Assembly: GCA_963836075.1 (NCBI GenBank) | Contig: CAWIIB010000009.1 | Coordinates: forward strand, 928,001-992,000 | Length of the DNA stretch: 64,000 nucleotides | Direction of reading: 5' to 3' | From: an uncultured Acidobacteriota bacterium | Lineage (GTDB): Bacteria > Acidobacteriota > JAQAZP01 | Shown here: positions 42,486 through 53,154 of the stretch, piece by piece | Numbering within the stretch: position 1 is the stretch's first letter | Layout: every line of letters begins with the position of its first letter | The notes under the pieces: generated by a model | What the model saw: the letters and a program-made list of their open reading frames with translations, nothing else | Databases searched by the model: none | Told to the model about the DNA's origin: nothing | Translations under genes and position numbers: made by a program

Positions 42486-44048
42486 TTACAACAACGGCGC
42501 GGTGAGCCGCGCCAACGAGACGGCGAGGCGGCGGACAAAACTGCTTTCATCGAGGTCGGCGGGATCCCACTCAACCGAATTCGCCATGTCGTTGAGCAGC
42601 ATCGCCTCGACCTGACCCGCAAAGTCTTCGTCGGCGAAGATGGCGTTGATCTCGAACTGCAGCCGGAAGGAGCGGTTGTCAAAATTGGCGCTGCCCACCG
42701 ACGACAGATTGTTGTCCACCAGCAGCACCTTCTGGTGTGGAAAGCCGTCCGTGTAGCGCAGAAAGCGGATGCCGAGACCGGTCAGTTCATTGGCGTACCA
42801 GCGCGTGGCCAGGTCCACCAGCGGGTTGTCGGACTTGTCGGGAATAATGATGCGAACGTCGACGCCGCGCAGGGCGGCCAGCTGCAACGATGCCATGATC
42901 GCATCGTCGGGCACGAAGTAGGGGCTCGCGATCCAGATCCGTCCCCTGGCGGAGTTGAGGGCGTGCATGAAGAAGAGCTGGGCGGTTTCCATGTCGCTGG
43001 TGGGCGAGATCGGCAGCACCATCGCCTTGACGTCGGCGCCGCTTGCCGCCGGCACCGGTTCCCAGCTGAGCTCGGGAATCGTGCGTGTCGCCCAGTACCA
43101 GTCGGCGAGGAACATGGCCTGGGCCACCTGCGCCGCCGGCCCTTCGATGCGCGTGTGCGTGTCGCGCCAGTGCCCGACCTTGGGGTCGAGGCCGAGATAC
43201 TCGTCACCGACGTTGTGGCCGCCGATCCAGGCCACCTTCCCGTCCACGATCACGTTTTTACGGTGATTGCGGAAGTTGAGCTGGAAGCGGTTGTGGGCGC
43301 CCTGGGTGGTATTGAACTCGGACTGCTTGATGCCGGCGGCCTCGAGCTCCTCCAGGTAGCTTTTGGGAATACCGGAGCTGCCCACCTCGTCGTAGAGCAG
43401 GAACACCTGCACGCCCCGTTTGGCGCAATCGAGCAGCGCCGACTTGAGCCGTCGCCCGAGGCCGTCGTCGTGAATCATGTAAAACTGAACCAGTGCATAG
43501 GTCTTCGCTTCGGCGAGGCCGTCCATAATGCTGTCGAAGGTGGCGTCACCGTCGATGAGCAGCTGGACGTCATTGCCCGTGAGCAGCGGCGTGTGGGAGA
43601 GGCGCTTCATCGCCTCGTAGTTCGGCATTCTCTCCATGCTCTCGACCGTGTAGGGCGCAATACGTTCCCGCATGGTCACTTCGAAACTTTTCACTTTCTC
43701 GTGCTGCTCCTGCCACGCCTCGACATAGCCCTCGAAGTTGCGGCGGCCGAAGACCCAGTACGCGGGCACCGCAACATAGGGGAAGGTGTTGAGGCTCACC
43801 CCCCAGGCGATGGCGCCCTGGGCGGTTCGGGCGGTCATGACCGCGTGGATCGACGAGATCAGACCCAGGATCTGAAAGAGGACGACGATCAGCGCGATCA
43901 TTCTTTTTTTCCTCCGCTTTTTGCGTCCGCTTTTCCGCGGTGTTTCGGGAACCGGCCGGCCCCCTGACGACGCTGCCGAACCCGAGACATCCTTCGGTCC
44001 GGGAGTGGCTCCGTCGGCTCGCTCGAGGTTTTTCTTGTCGGCGGACAT
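42486..44048 (-). CDS. cls: Cardiolipin synthase
   Basis: Two HKD motifs (NHRKNVIVDG, PHQKVLLVD), SPYFVPD, GSANFDNRSF; two N-terminal TMs. Confidence 0.92.
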   Translation of the reverse strand: MSADKKNLERADGATPGPKDVSGSAASSGGRPVPETPRKSGRKKRRKKRMIALIVVLFQILGLISSIHAVMTARTAQGAIAWGVSLNTFPYVAVPAYWVFGRRNFEGYVEAWQEQHEKVKSFEVTMRERIAPYTVESMERMPNYEAMKRLSHTPLLTGNDVQLLIDGDATFDSIMDGLAEAKTYALVQFYMIHDDGLGRRLKSALLDCAKRGVQVFLLYDEVGSSGIPKSYLEELEAAGIKQSEFNTTQGAHNRFQLNFRNHRKNVIVDGKVAWIGGHNVGDEYLGLDPKVGHWRDTHTRIEGPAAQVAQAMFLADWYWATRTIPELSWEPVPAASGADVKAMVLPISPTSDMETAQLFFMHALNSARGRIWIASPYFVPDDAIMASLQLAALRGVDVRIIIPDKSDNPLVDLATRWYANELTGLGIRFLRYTDGFPHQKVLLVDNNLSSVGSANFDNRSFRLQFEINAIFADEDFAGQVEAMLLNDMANSVEWDPADLDESSFVRRLAVSLARLTAPLL

Positions 44049-44271
44049 TTTCTCACCTCTTTCGGAGTGCCAGAATCGGCGGTGGTAACGAGACGCCAGA
44101 TGATCGAATACGAGGATTCTCACATCCTACACGTTTGACGTTCGCGACCACAAGTTAATACGCGGCAACTAAATACGCGGCACGACGGCGACGTCCAACA
44201 CCGTGGAAAGAGTAGCGTAAAGCTTCAGAGCGTGAAGAATCGTCAATGCCCTGGTTTCATTTGCAGGCGGT

Positions 44272-44715
44272 TCACCTGGAGAGACCCAGTGCCTGTAGAG
44301 TTTTATAAATATTGCGTCGTGTACTGAATATACGTCCCAGCATCGAGCCGGCGGAGATGCTTAACCCGAATGCTGCAATAGTTGCCGTTTGTACCCAATG
44401 CCCAAAAAACCAGTCACGACATATTATAAAGATCAAATACAGCGCAAGGATTACCCCACCGATCCAGTCGATCTGGGCCACGACTTTGGTGCTCTGTTCA
44501 TCCCAACTCAAGTGATACATGCGACTTACAACAACACCAATGGCGATCCCGATCAATATGCCTCCAACCGCTAACTGGATCCCTATTATATTGCGGAGCA
44601 CGTCAACCATGATTACACCGATCATTGCCAGACATATGATGCAGAATCTTCTCAGCCGCCGGTACAGTTTGCGATCGATATGATTGCGAACAGGTAGTTG
44701 TTGTCGTGCCGACAT
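44272..44715 (-). CDS. Hypothetical four-TM membrane protein, lower GC than flanks
   Basis: 147-aa hydrophobic ORF in an AT-richer segment. Confidence 0.6.
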   Translation of the reverse strand: MSARQQLPVRNHIDRKLYRRLRRFCIICLAMIGVIMVDVLRNIIGIQLAVGGILIGIAIGVVVSRMYHLSWDEQSTKVVAQIDWIGGVILALYLIFIICRDWFFGHWVQTATIAAFGLSISAGSMLGRIFSTRRNIYKTLQALGLSR

Positions 44716-45066
44716 TTACCAGGTCCGATTGTTATTGAATTTTGAAGTTTCTGGCATGGAATGATAAACGCCAGGATGACTTGAGCATCGTAGTGTCTAT
44801 CGCACATTGCGAAAAAACCGAACGTCCCGGCTCCCTGGCGGTGCGCCGGCGCCGTCCGATGCAACGGGTGGACAATCATACATCGAAAGAACTGCTGGTG
44901 ACAGCCGGCTTGTTCCTCCTGTCAGGTGTGGGATATAGTGCGAACCATGAGACAAGATCAGGCTTGGGACAAGAATACCTGTTGATGTCCGGTACTTTGA
45001 TGGCGGGTGGCGCTGCCATCGTGATCATCGGGTGTTGCGGCCCGGAAGCAGGAAAGGCAGGACAAA

Positions 45067-45486
45067 GTGCTGCTGAAGATTGCCATCGGCGCGTTGTTAA
45101 TGATGATGACCGCTGCGGTCCACACCTTGGGAATGATTATCGGGATGCGTCTGATCAAGCGGCAGGAGAAGGCGCAGAAACCGCAAGGGTGGAGGACGTC
45201 GAAAGTCCACCTGGTCAACGGGATCGTCCTCCTCATGTTCTTCGTCTCGCTGGCGGAGGTGCTGATGTGGGCCGGCACCTATCTGGTGCTGGGGGCCATA
45301 GAAGGCCTGGAACAGGCGGTCTATTTTTCCATGGTCACCTTCACCACACTGGGATACGGCGATATCCTGCTCGATGAACACTGGCGCCTGCTGGCCTCTT
45401 TCGAAGCGGCCAACGGAATTATCATGTTCGGCTGGACCACCGCCATCGTCCTTGCCGCTGTTCAGCGTCTGTACTTCAGGGACTGA
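45067..45486 (+). CDS. Small potassium-channel-family protein (Ion_trans_2)
   Basis: YFSMVTFTTLGYGD selectivity filter. Confidence 0.88.
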   Translation: MLLKIAIGALLMMMTAAVHTLGMIIGMRLIKRQEKAQKPQGWRTSKVHLVNGIVLLMFFVSLAEVLMWAGTYLVLGAIEGLEQAVYFSMVTFTTLGYGDILLDEHWRLLASFEAANGIIMFGWTTAIVLAAVQRLYFRD

Positions 45487-45499
45487 GCCTGGTCGAGCA

Positions 45500-45969
45500 G
45501 TGTTTTCCCTGGTCCTCTTCTCCTGGTGGTCGGCGGTGAGGGTGAAGATCCACTTCCGGCTGCCCTTCGAGGTGACCGGCAGGCCGCCGTACGCCGCGCG
45601 CAGTTCCTGCGCGTCCTCCTGCTCACCGACCTGCCCCAGGCTGGCCTCGTCCTGCTCGAACCAGGTGTGGTCGCCGACGATGGCGATGATCTGCTTGATC
45701 TTGAAAAACCTGCCGTTGTGAACCAGGGCCCCTTTCTTGAGGTCGGGAAAGATGTAATCAACCGCGGCGGGCGGTGCGGCCGTCTCTGCGGTCTCCTCGT
45801 GTCCCGCACCTGGATAGGGATCCTGCGCCAGGGCAACCTGGGCAGGCAGCACCGCGGTGAACAGCAGGACACAATGCAGACCCATCACCACCAGGCGAAA
45901 CAGCCACGCCGTCCCGTCCGATACGGTGTGAACACGTTTTGGCCGAAAAGCCTCAGGATTCTCCATCAT
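45500..45969 (-). pseudogene. N-terminal fragment of a porin-like exported protein
   Basis: Signal peptide and first beta strands (FEQDEASLGQVGEQED..ELRA); coupled to the SulP stop; frame runs on into antisense of the K+ channel gene. Confidence 0.5.
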
Positions 45970-47774
45970 GACTCTTCATCATTCTGGCCGGCGCCTGATT
46001 CCACAGCACCGCTCTCCGTAGCCTCGCGAAACGCCGCCGCCGAGTGCCGGTTGGTCGGATAGAAGCGGTTCTCGTCAATCAGCTCCATCAGGTCGTATTT
46101 CTCCAGCCATGTGCGGAAGGATTGATCGGCACGGCTGACGGCGAAAATGATGTCGCGCTTGGCCAGCAGGGTGATCGCCTGGTGCAGGGACTCCGCGCCG
46201 GTGGTGTCGATGTCGATCATCGCCTCGGCATCCAGCACGAACCAGCGGACCGGGGTGGCCGCCTGGTCCACCAGCTGCTCGACCTCGTCGACAAAGAGCG
46301 TCGAATTGGCAAAGTAGAGCGGGGCGCCGAAACGGTAGATGACCAGACCTGAGGGATTGGCCATGTGGTCAGCGTCCGCCGGGGCGAAATTACTGCCGTC
46401 GGCGGCTTCCAGCAGCGCCGCGGTGTCCGGACGGGACGCCCGCCGGATCACGTCGATGACCGAGAGGAGAAAGGCGATGAGCACGGCACGCAGCGGACCC
46501 AGGGCCAGCACGCTGACCAGGCAGGTGACGGCAATCCAGAACTCCGATTGGCGCATCCGCCACAGCTCGCGCAGCTCGTGGACCTCGATCAGCGACAATA
46601 CCGCGTTGGCCACGATGGCAGCCAGGGCCGCGTTGGGCAGGAAAGCCAGCATGTCGGTGAAGAAGAGCATCACCAGCATGATCGTTCCGGCCGCCATCAG
46701 GCTGGACAGCTGGGTCCGCGAGCCGGAAGACTCCATGGCCGCCGAGCGGGACGGGCTGTTGCCGGTGACCAGCGAGCCGGTGAAGCCGGCGGCGATGTTG
46801 GCCGCGCCCCAGGCGAAGAGCATCTGGTCGCCGTCCGCCTTGTAGCCGTGTTTGCTGCTGTAGCTTTTGACCAGGAGCAGGCCCTCGCAGAGCAGGATGG
46901 CCACGATGGCCAGGGCGCCGGGCAGCAACCGCAGGTAGTCGGTCAGGGGAATGCCGGGCAGGGTCAGCGCCGGGGGGCCCGAGGGCATGGCGCCCAGCAC
47001 GCCGACCCCCTTTTCCGCAAGGTCGAACACCGCAACGATCACCGTCAGCAGCACCAGGGCCACCAGCGCCCCGGGGATTCTGGGCAGATACCGTTTCATC
47101 AGCCGTACGATCAAAAAAGCGCTGACACCGATGCCCACCGACCAGAGGTTAGCCCGGGGTATGGAATCGAACAGGGCCACCAGCTCCACGAAATAACCTT
47201 CGGTCTCCACGGAGCTGGCCATGGCCTCCTTGATCCGTTCCGCCGCCGCCAGCGTCTCACCCCCGTGGGCCGTGTGGGGCGCGGCGAGGATCTTCCGCAC
47301 CTGGTTGGTCAGCACCTCGATGCCGAGACCGGAGATGAAGCCCACCATCACGGCCCGGGAGAGGAAGTTGGCGAGGAAGGCCAGGCGGAAAAGCCAGAAG
47401 ATCAGGAATATCACCCCGCAGATCAACGCCAGGGCCAGGGCATACTGCAGGCGCAGCGGGTCTCCAGGCGCGGCAAAGGCGACCAGGGCGGCGCCCACCA
47501 GCCCGGCAATAGAGGCATCGGGGCTGGTCACCAGGTGGCGCGAGCTGGTAAGCAGGGCGAAGACCGCCAGCGGGATGATGGCCGCGTAGAGCCCGGCCAC
47601 CGGGGGCAGGCCGGCCACCTGGGCGTAACCGATGTTCAGCGGAATCATCAGGGCGGCCAGGGTGAAGCCCGCCGAGACCTCCCGGGGGATGTCGGCCGGC
47701 TTGACGCCTTTCAGCCCTGCAAACGGGCGGGGCCAGCTGATTTTGGCGAACAGGCCGGGAGCATCCTTACTCAT
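45966..47774 (-). CDS. SulP-family anion transporter with STAS domain
   Basis: AGFTLAALMIP..IGYAQVAGLPP.AGLYA, SSRHL, SRSAA, YRFGAPLYFAN, DIDTTG. Confidence 0.92.
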   Translation of the reverse strand: MSKDAPGLFAKISWPRPFAGLKGVKPADIPREVSAGFTLAALMIPLNIGYAQVAGLPPVAGLYAAIIPLAVFALLTSSRHLVTSPDASIAGLVGAALVAFAAPGDPLRLQYALALALICGVIFLIFWLFRLAFLANFLSRAVMVGFISGLGIEVLTNQVRKILAAPHTAHGGETLAAAERIKEAMASSVETEGYFVELVALFDSIPRANLWSVGIGVSAFLIVRLMKRYLPRIPGALVALVLLTVIVAVFDLAEKGVGVLGAMPSGPPALTLPGIPLTDYLRLLPGALAIVAILLCEGLLLVKSYSSKHGYKADGDQMLFAWGAANIAAGFTGSLVTGNSPSRSAAMESSGSRTQLSSLMAAGTIMLVMLFFTDMLAFLPNAALAAIVANAVLSLIEVHELRELWRMRQSEFWIAVTCLVSVLALGPLRAVLIAFLLSVIDVIRRASRPDTAALLEAADGSNFAPADADHMANPSGLVIYRFGAPLYFANSTLFVDEVEQLVDQAATPVRWFVLDAEAMIDIDTTGAESLHQAITLLAKRDIIFAVSRADQSFRTWLEKYDLMELIDENRFYPTNRHSAAAFREATESGAVESGAGQNDEES

Positions 47775-48243
47775 GGGCTGACTCCTGTTCCTCGTGGCCC
47801 CGGGCATCCGGCCTGGTGGCGGCGGCCGTCGTTTCGGCAGGGCCACCCCGGCGCTGCTGTAGAGAGTAAATGATGCGTGTGATCGGACCACGGATCAAAA
47901 AGTACGGCACGATGGCGCACACCACCGCTACGATCAGCATCTGCAGAGGGAAAAATGTCTTCAGGGCGATAATCTGGTACGTGATGTCGAGCACACACGC
48001 GACGATGAAGACCCTGCCGAAATCCTTGAGCCCTGAGCGGAATAGCCGTTTCCGCTCGGTCGGGTTCTTGACGAAGGCCCACAAGTAGATCGGCTTCCCT
48101 TCCCTGACGTCCCTCAGATGGGCCCGGATGGCGAGGATGGTGACCACGATCGGCATTATAAACAGCCGAAAGTGCAAAGGTCCGCTCGCCCGGCCGAGGA
48201 GCTGCTCGACGCTTCGAGACAGTGGTTCAAGGATTATGTCCAT
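47767..48243 (-). CDS. Hypothetical membrane protein
   Basis: GRASGPLHFRLFIMP...VPYFLIRGP; overlaps the SulP start. Confidence 0.7.
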   Translation of the reverse strand: MDIILEPLSRSVEQLLGRASGPLHFRLFIMPIVVTILAIRAHLRDVREGKPIYLWAFVKNPTERKRLFRSGLKDFGRVFIVACVLDITYQIIALKTFFPLQMLIVAVVCAIVPYFLIRGPITRIIYSLQQRRGGPAETTAAATRPDARGHEEQESAHE

Positions 48244-48287
48244 GGCCTATCCTTCTCCGTGCGGCTTCGCTCCGCGAAGTTCTTGAC

Positions 48288-49985
48288 TCATTGAGCTGCT
48301 CCGAACATCGCCCGAGACAATGTGCCTCCGGAAATGCTCTTCGCCTTGAATCCGTTCTGCAGCAGGACCCGCGTGGCGTAGTAGGCGCGCTGGGCGGAAC
48401 GGCAGATGATCAGGATCTCGCGGTCCTTCGGCAATTCCTCGAGGCGCGTCCGGAGTTCGTGGAGCGGGATGTTGACTGCGCCCGGAACGCTCTCCACCAC
48501 GAGTTCCACCGGATGGCGCACGTCGAGGAGGAACGCGTCGTCGGTTTCATCCCAATGGGCCAGCGGCATATCGCCACGGAGCACGTCGGCGGCCACCATG
48601 CCGGCGAAGTTGACCGCGTCCTTGGCGCTGCCGAACTGGGGCGCGTAGCAGAGCTCGGACTCCTCGAGGTCGAAGACCGTGGCGCGCATCTGCAGGGCCA
48701 CGGCCAGGGCGCTGATCCGCTTGTCCACCGCCGGGGCGTCCTTGCCCAGGGCCTGGGCGCCGAGGAGCCGGCCGTCAGACTTGCGGAAGAGGATCTTCAG
48801 GCCGATCGACTCCGCCCCCGGGTAGTAGCCGGCGTGGGAGTTGGGGAAGATGTAGATTTTCTCGTAGTCCTCGTCGCCCAGACGCTTGAGCGTCTTCTCG
48901 CTGACCCCGGTCCAGGCGGCGGCGCCGCCGAAGAGCCCGATGATCGATGTCCCCTGAGTGCCGCGGTATCGGGAGTCGCGCCCGGCGATGACGTCGGCGG
49001 CGATCCGGCCCTGGCGGTTGGCCGGCCCGGCCAGCGCCACCAGGCTCCACTCTTCGGTCACCCAGTCCCTGACCTCGATGGCGTCGCCCACGGCAAAGAT
49101 GTCCGGGTCGCTGGTGCGCATCTGGTCGTCGACGCGGATCCCGCCACGTTCGCCGATCTCGATCCCGGCCGCTTTGGCCAGGGTCGTGTCCGGCCGAACG
49201 CCGATGGCCATGATCACGAGGTCCGCCGGATAGGTCTTTCCGGAGTTCGTCTGCACCTCGATCGCACCGCCCTCCTGCCGGGTGAACCCCTCTACCCTGT
49301 CATTGAGCGCCATGCGGAGGCCATGCCGCTTCACATGTTCCTTGACCAGGACTGCGATTTCCGGGTCCAGCGGGCCCAGGAGCTGATCGGGTTTCTGGAT
49401 CAGGGTCACTTCGAACCCGAGGTGAATCAGGTTCTCCGCCGTCTCGAGGCCGATGAACCCGCCGCCCACCACAACGGCGCGGGTCGTCGGTTTCACGAAC
49501 TGGATTCCCGAATACTTGTACATCCCCGCCAGGAACTCGGTGCCCCGCTCGATCCACTCGCGGATCTTCCGTGCATCGGGAACGGTCCGCACCTGGAAGA
49601 TCCCGGGCAGGTCGATCCCCGGCAGCGGCGGACGGACCGACGGTGCTCCGGGCGACAGAACGAGCTTGTCGTACGACTCCGTCGTCACCTCGCCGGTGGT
49701 GACGTTGCGCAGGTCGACGGTTTTCTTCTTCGGGTCGACGGAGACTGCCTCGCAATTCGTTCGCGCGTCGATGCCCAGGTTCGCCCGGAAATACTCCTCA
49801 TTGGCCACCAGGAGGCTGGACTCCTTCTCGATCACGCCGCTGACGTGGTAGGGCAGACCGCAGTTGGCGTATGAGAGATACGGCCCGCGCTCCACCATGA
49901 TGATTTCCGCTTTTTCGTCCAGCCGCCGCAGCCGCGCCGCACACGACGCCCCGCCGGCCACTCCGCCAACGATGATGACCTTCAT
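48288..49985 (-). CDS. CoA-disulfide/persulfide reductase with C-terminal rhodanese domain (Npsr/CoADR-RHD-like)
   Basis: GGVAGG FAD site, SYANCGLPY redox Cys, GGGFIGLE, YAPQF, C-terminal LDVR...ICRSAQRA. Confidence 0.9.
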   Translation of the reverse strand: MKVIIVGGVAGGASCAARLRRLDEKAEIIMVERGPYLSYANCGLPYHVSGVIEKESSLLVANEEYFRANLGIDARTNCEAVSVDPKKKTVDLRNVTTGEVTTESYDKLVLSPGAPSVRPPLPGIDLPGIFQVRTVPDARKIREWIERGTEFLAGMYKYSGIQFVKPTTRAVVVGGGFIGLETAENLIHLGFEVTLIQKPDQLLGPLDPEIAVLVKEHVKRHGLRMALNDRVEGFTRQEGGAIEVQTNSGKTYPADLVIMAIGVRPDTTLAKAAGIEIGERGGIRVDDQMRTSDPDIFAVGDAIEVRDWVTEEWSLVALAGPANRQGRIAADVIAGRDSRYRGTQGTSIIGLFGGAAAWTGVSEKTLKRLGDEDYEKIYIFPNSHAGYYPGAESIGLKILFRKSDGRLLGAQALGKDAPAVDKRISALAVALQMRATVFDLEESELCYAPQFGSAKDAVNFAGMVAADVLRGDMPLAHWDETDDAFLLDVRHPVELVVESVPGAVNIPLHELRTRLEELPKDREILIICRSAQRAYYATRVLLQNGFKAKSISGGTLSRAMFGAAQ

Positions 49986-50047
49986 CTTCCGCCTCTCCTC
50001 CCACCATATTCGATTGATCACACCGCCAGGTGGCGGTGTCGACCTGA

Positions 50048-50563
50048 CTAATGTACCGGCCTCGATTTGCCCTCTTCGAGGATGATCTTCTCGGGATCAA
50101 ATCCGTAAACCCAGGGCGCCGAGTTCTTCCAGCCGTTCCTCATCCTCTTCCCGTGGAAGACGCTGAGGGGATCGTCCACCTTGTCCCCTTCCATCCCGTC
50201 GGTGATGTTGTGCGCGTTCTCGAACCCGGCTTTCGCCAGCGCGTTGATCGCCATGGCCGAGCGGCCGCCCGAGCGGCACATCAACAGAAGGGTGTCGGCG
50301 GGCCCGGCAACCCGCTTGACCTCGTCGATAAAGGCCGCGTTCATCTTCACCGCGTATTCGGCCTTGCCGCCCTTTCCCTGGTAGGTCACAAAGGCCAGGG
50401 GGACATTCCAGGCCATCTCCGGGTGGCCGACAAAGGAATACTCCTCCGGCGTGCGCACGTCGATGATCTTCACCTCGTCCGGCGTGGCCTTCCACATCTC
50501 GTAGGCCTGGATGGCGGTCACGTAGAGGCCGAGGGTGGTCTGTTTCGCTTCGGGCAAATCCAT
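50048..50563 (-). CDS. Single-domain rhodanese/sulfurtransferase
   Basis: IIDVRTPEEY, GHP, CRSGGRS active loop, DGMEG. Confidence 0.88.
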   Translation of the reverse strand: MDLPEAKQTTLGLYVTAIQAYEMWKATPDEVKIIDVRTPEEYSFVGHPEMAWNVPLAFVTYQGKGGKAEYAVKMNAAFIDEVKRVAGPADTLLLMCRSGGRSAMAINALAKAGFENAHNITDGMEGDKVDDPLSVFHGKRMRNGWKNSAPWVYGFDPEKIILEEGKSRPVH

Positions 50564-50876
50564 ATCGTTCGCCTCCTTGCGTTCTGCCGCTTACCACCGA
50601 ACCGGCGGTGAATACTGGGAACGAAAAGGGTGGGCGTCGCGGCGACCGGCCCGGCGACCTCACCAATCCCTTTTTTGCGAGACCTCCTCGCTCTCAGCCT
50701 CAGGCTGCGTCTCCTCACCGCTCTCCTTCGACGGTTTTGCTTTTGAATCAGCTTTTTTCTTCTTTTCAGGCGTCTCAATCACGCATGCTGAAAGGTCACC
50801 GGGGGCACAACATGCCGGTTTCCCCTGGTCGCTCTTATCTTTTGCCAAGACGTCGTTCCTCAATCTATTGCTGAAG

Positions 50877-50913
50877 CCCCCTCCGGCCTCCCTGTTGGAG
50901 AGGCGGGAGGGGG
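50877..50913. terminator. GC-rich hairpin downstream of the DszB-like gene
   Basis: CCCCCTCC-GGCCTC / GAGGC-GGGAGGGGG inverted repeat; no clear U-tract. Confidence 0.35.
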
Positions 50914-50930
50914 AATCGCATTTTCTCGGT

Positions 50931-52354
50931 CTACCCGATCCGCGTACCTTCCACCTCGAGCCCGCCTCCCTGGGGAAGCTTGCTCCAGCTTCTTCTTCTC
51001 CCACTCCTCCTTGAGCACTTCCGTCGCCGCCTGCTCGAGGAATTCCGGTGCCGCCCACTCGTTGACGTCGAACTCGTTCTTCATGTAGCCGTGGCTGACC
51101 ATGAAATCCTTGCCGATGTTAATGCATTCCAGGTTCTGTGCACTCAGGCTCGGCACCATGTCGACGTGCTTGATGCCCTCGTAGGTATCCTCGGCATCCC
51201 GATAAAAGGTCTGCCGGTTGAGAATCTCGGCGGCGGCTCGTTTGTTCCGATTCGCCCAGCGCCCGACCTTGATCATGGCCTTCATGTAGGCGACAACCAG
51301 CTCGGGGTGCTCCTTGGCCATCACGTCGGTGCAGGTGATGACGGCGGGGGTGTTGGCGACCTGCAGCGTCCAGTCCGAATTTCCGGCCAGGTCCTCGATG
51401 ATTTTGATCTTGCCTGTGGCCTCCTGCAGGTGCTGGAAGATTGCTCTGGTTATAGATGGCGTCGACGGTGCCGTTCAGCAGCGCATTTTCCAGCGGACGG
51501 AACGCCAGGTCATGCTTGTGGTCACGGCGCATCCACAACTCGGACGGGTTGTTCATCGGCGGGACCAGCATCTCGGGCTTGTCATACCAGTCGTCCGGGA
51601 TAAGGGAACTCGACGAGCTCGATATCATCCATGGTCATATCGTTCAGCATCAGGAGGTTCTCGATGCCCATGTGTTCCTGGATGCGCCACCAGTCGTTCT
51701 TGATGGTGTTCAGGCTTTTCGAGATGCCGATCTTCTTGCCTTTCAGATCCTTCATGCGGAAGATTTTGTCGCGGGCGCGTACCTGCCATAACCGCCGCCT
51801 TCGTAGACCCACGTCGCTCCCAGCAGCACGGTGCGGCGGAGGTCGGCGTGAACCTGGATCGGGGGATACAGACCGCCGAAGCGGATGAGATTGTCGAGGT
51901 TGTGGATGTAGTGCGGGTACCAGTTGTTCTCGGGTGCGTGGCGGAAGTAAGCGTACTCGACGCCGATCTTCTTGAATTCCTCGCGGCACCATCCCAGTTC
52001 CTGGTCAACGTTGTTGGCGGAGACCATGGGGCAGTTGGTGAACCACACCTCTTTCCAGTTCAGTGGCACTTTTGTGGATACTCTCTTCACCGGCTTGCCG
52101 GCGGTCTTTTTTGATGCACTCGCCTTCTTGCCGGGAGCTTTTTTTGATTTGGCCGGGGCTGGCTGCCTCTTCGGCTGGGCACCCGCGGTTCCCGTCAGGG
52201 ATTTCGCGATGGCGCTGAGCCGTGCGTCGCCGAGCCCCTCCGCCGCCTCCAGAACGAGGTTCAACAGCTCCTTGGCATTCGTGCCCTCGCTCTTTTTTTT
52301 CGCTGCAGGCTTCTTTTTTGCCTTTGTTGCGGGTTTCTTCTTTGCCTTGGCCAT
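50931..52354 (-). CDS. DszB-like desulfinase / SsuA-NMT1 fold protein with Lys-rich N-tail (several indels)
   Basis: WFTNCP, HY, IRFGGLYPP, LLGAT, DLKGKKIGIS parallel DszB (YSNCP, HF, TRFGGEIPP, DLAGRRIGVS); no signal peptide. Confidence 0.7.
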
Positions 52355-52442
52355 CGCATGTCCTCCTTGATTTATTGATGCTTGCGTGTGGTTCTTACTC
52401 GTATCCGTTCTTGGATCATACCTGAATCCGCCTTCGTTATCC

Positions 52443-52790
52443 CTACCGCCAGCCCCATGCTATGCTCGTTGTCCCGGCCTTACGGTCCCCCAGATGGCCA
52501 CCGCCCCCACCGCGAGGGTCCAGAACGGGAACACGTAAAGACCGGGAATTGCCTCCATGATCAGGCTGGGCAGCAGGATCCACTGCCAGCCCAGCACAAT
52601 GAACAGCAGGATTGCTGTCACCAGATCGGCCGCCCACTGCACGGGTGGTGCCATCGTCAAAAAGAACGAGAATACATCGGCCAGCGCTGCTATGGTGAAA
52701 GCCCAGGCCAGTTTTTTTCGGGAAAAGCGCAGGCCGGGCCGGGCTCCGGGTTTCAGGCCATCGGGGGACAGGAAGGCTGGAGGCTGCCAT
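52443..52790 (-). CDS. Hypothetical membrane protein
   Basis: LLPSLIMEAIPGLYVFPFWTLAV; three to four TMs; coupled to the ABM gene. Confidence 0.65.
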   Translation of the reverse strand: MAASSLPVPRWPETRSPARPALFPKKTGLGFHHSSAGRCILVLFDDGTTRAVGGRSGDSNPAVHCAGLAVDPAAQPDHGGNSRSLRVPVLDPRGGGGGHLGDRKAGTTSIAWGWR

Positions 52791-52791
52791 T

Positions 52792-53121
52792 TCATCGTGC
52801 CCCGGCCCTCGCTCGCTCGATGGTTTCCATGCCCGAGGAGCTGGAGATGGTGTTGAACCTGATCTCGGGCCGTTCGAGCGCCAGTTCCATGATCAGGAGC
52901 AGGTTGCGGAATTCTTCCGACCCGAGGTGGCGGTCCAGACCCTCCGTGGTCTTCCACACCTGCTCGAGCAGGATCACGTCCCTGTCCTGCAGGTCCCCGT
53001 AGAGATGGCAGCTAGTACAGCCGGGTTCGTCCCGGCACTGCTCAACCACCGGCCTGAGGATTCCCAGAATTTCGTCCCTCTTCCGTGGCGGAATCATCAT
53101 CCTGATGGTGGCTTGAATCAT
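52792..53121 (-). CDS. ABM-domain protein, paralog B
   Basis: RDEPGCTSCHLY, LLEQVWKTTEGLDRHLGSEEFR; GGAGG RBS. Confidence 0.78.
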   Translation of the reverse strand: MIQATIRMMIPPRKRDEILGILRPVVEQCRDEPGCTSCHLYGDLQDRDVILLEQVWKTTEGLDRHLGSEEFRNLLLIMELALERPEIRFNTISSSSGMETIERARAGAR

Positions 53122-53154
53122 GCGCACCTCCAGAAAATCTCACGGGGGAGATAA

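Noticed and set aside
50660-50790. Short charged ORF (IETPEKKKKADSK...) upstream of the rhodanese gene
   Set aside because: No convincing start, RBS or motif; could not be supported as a gene
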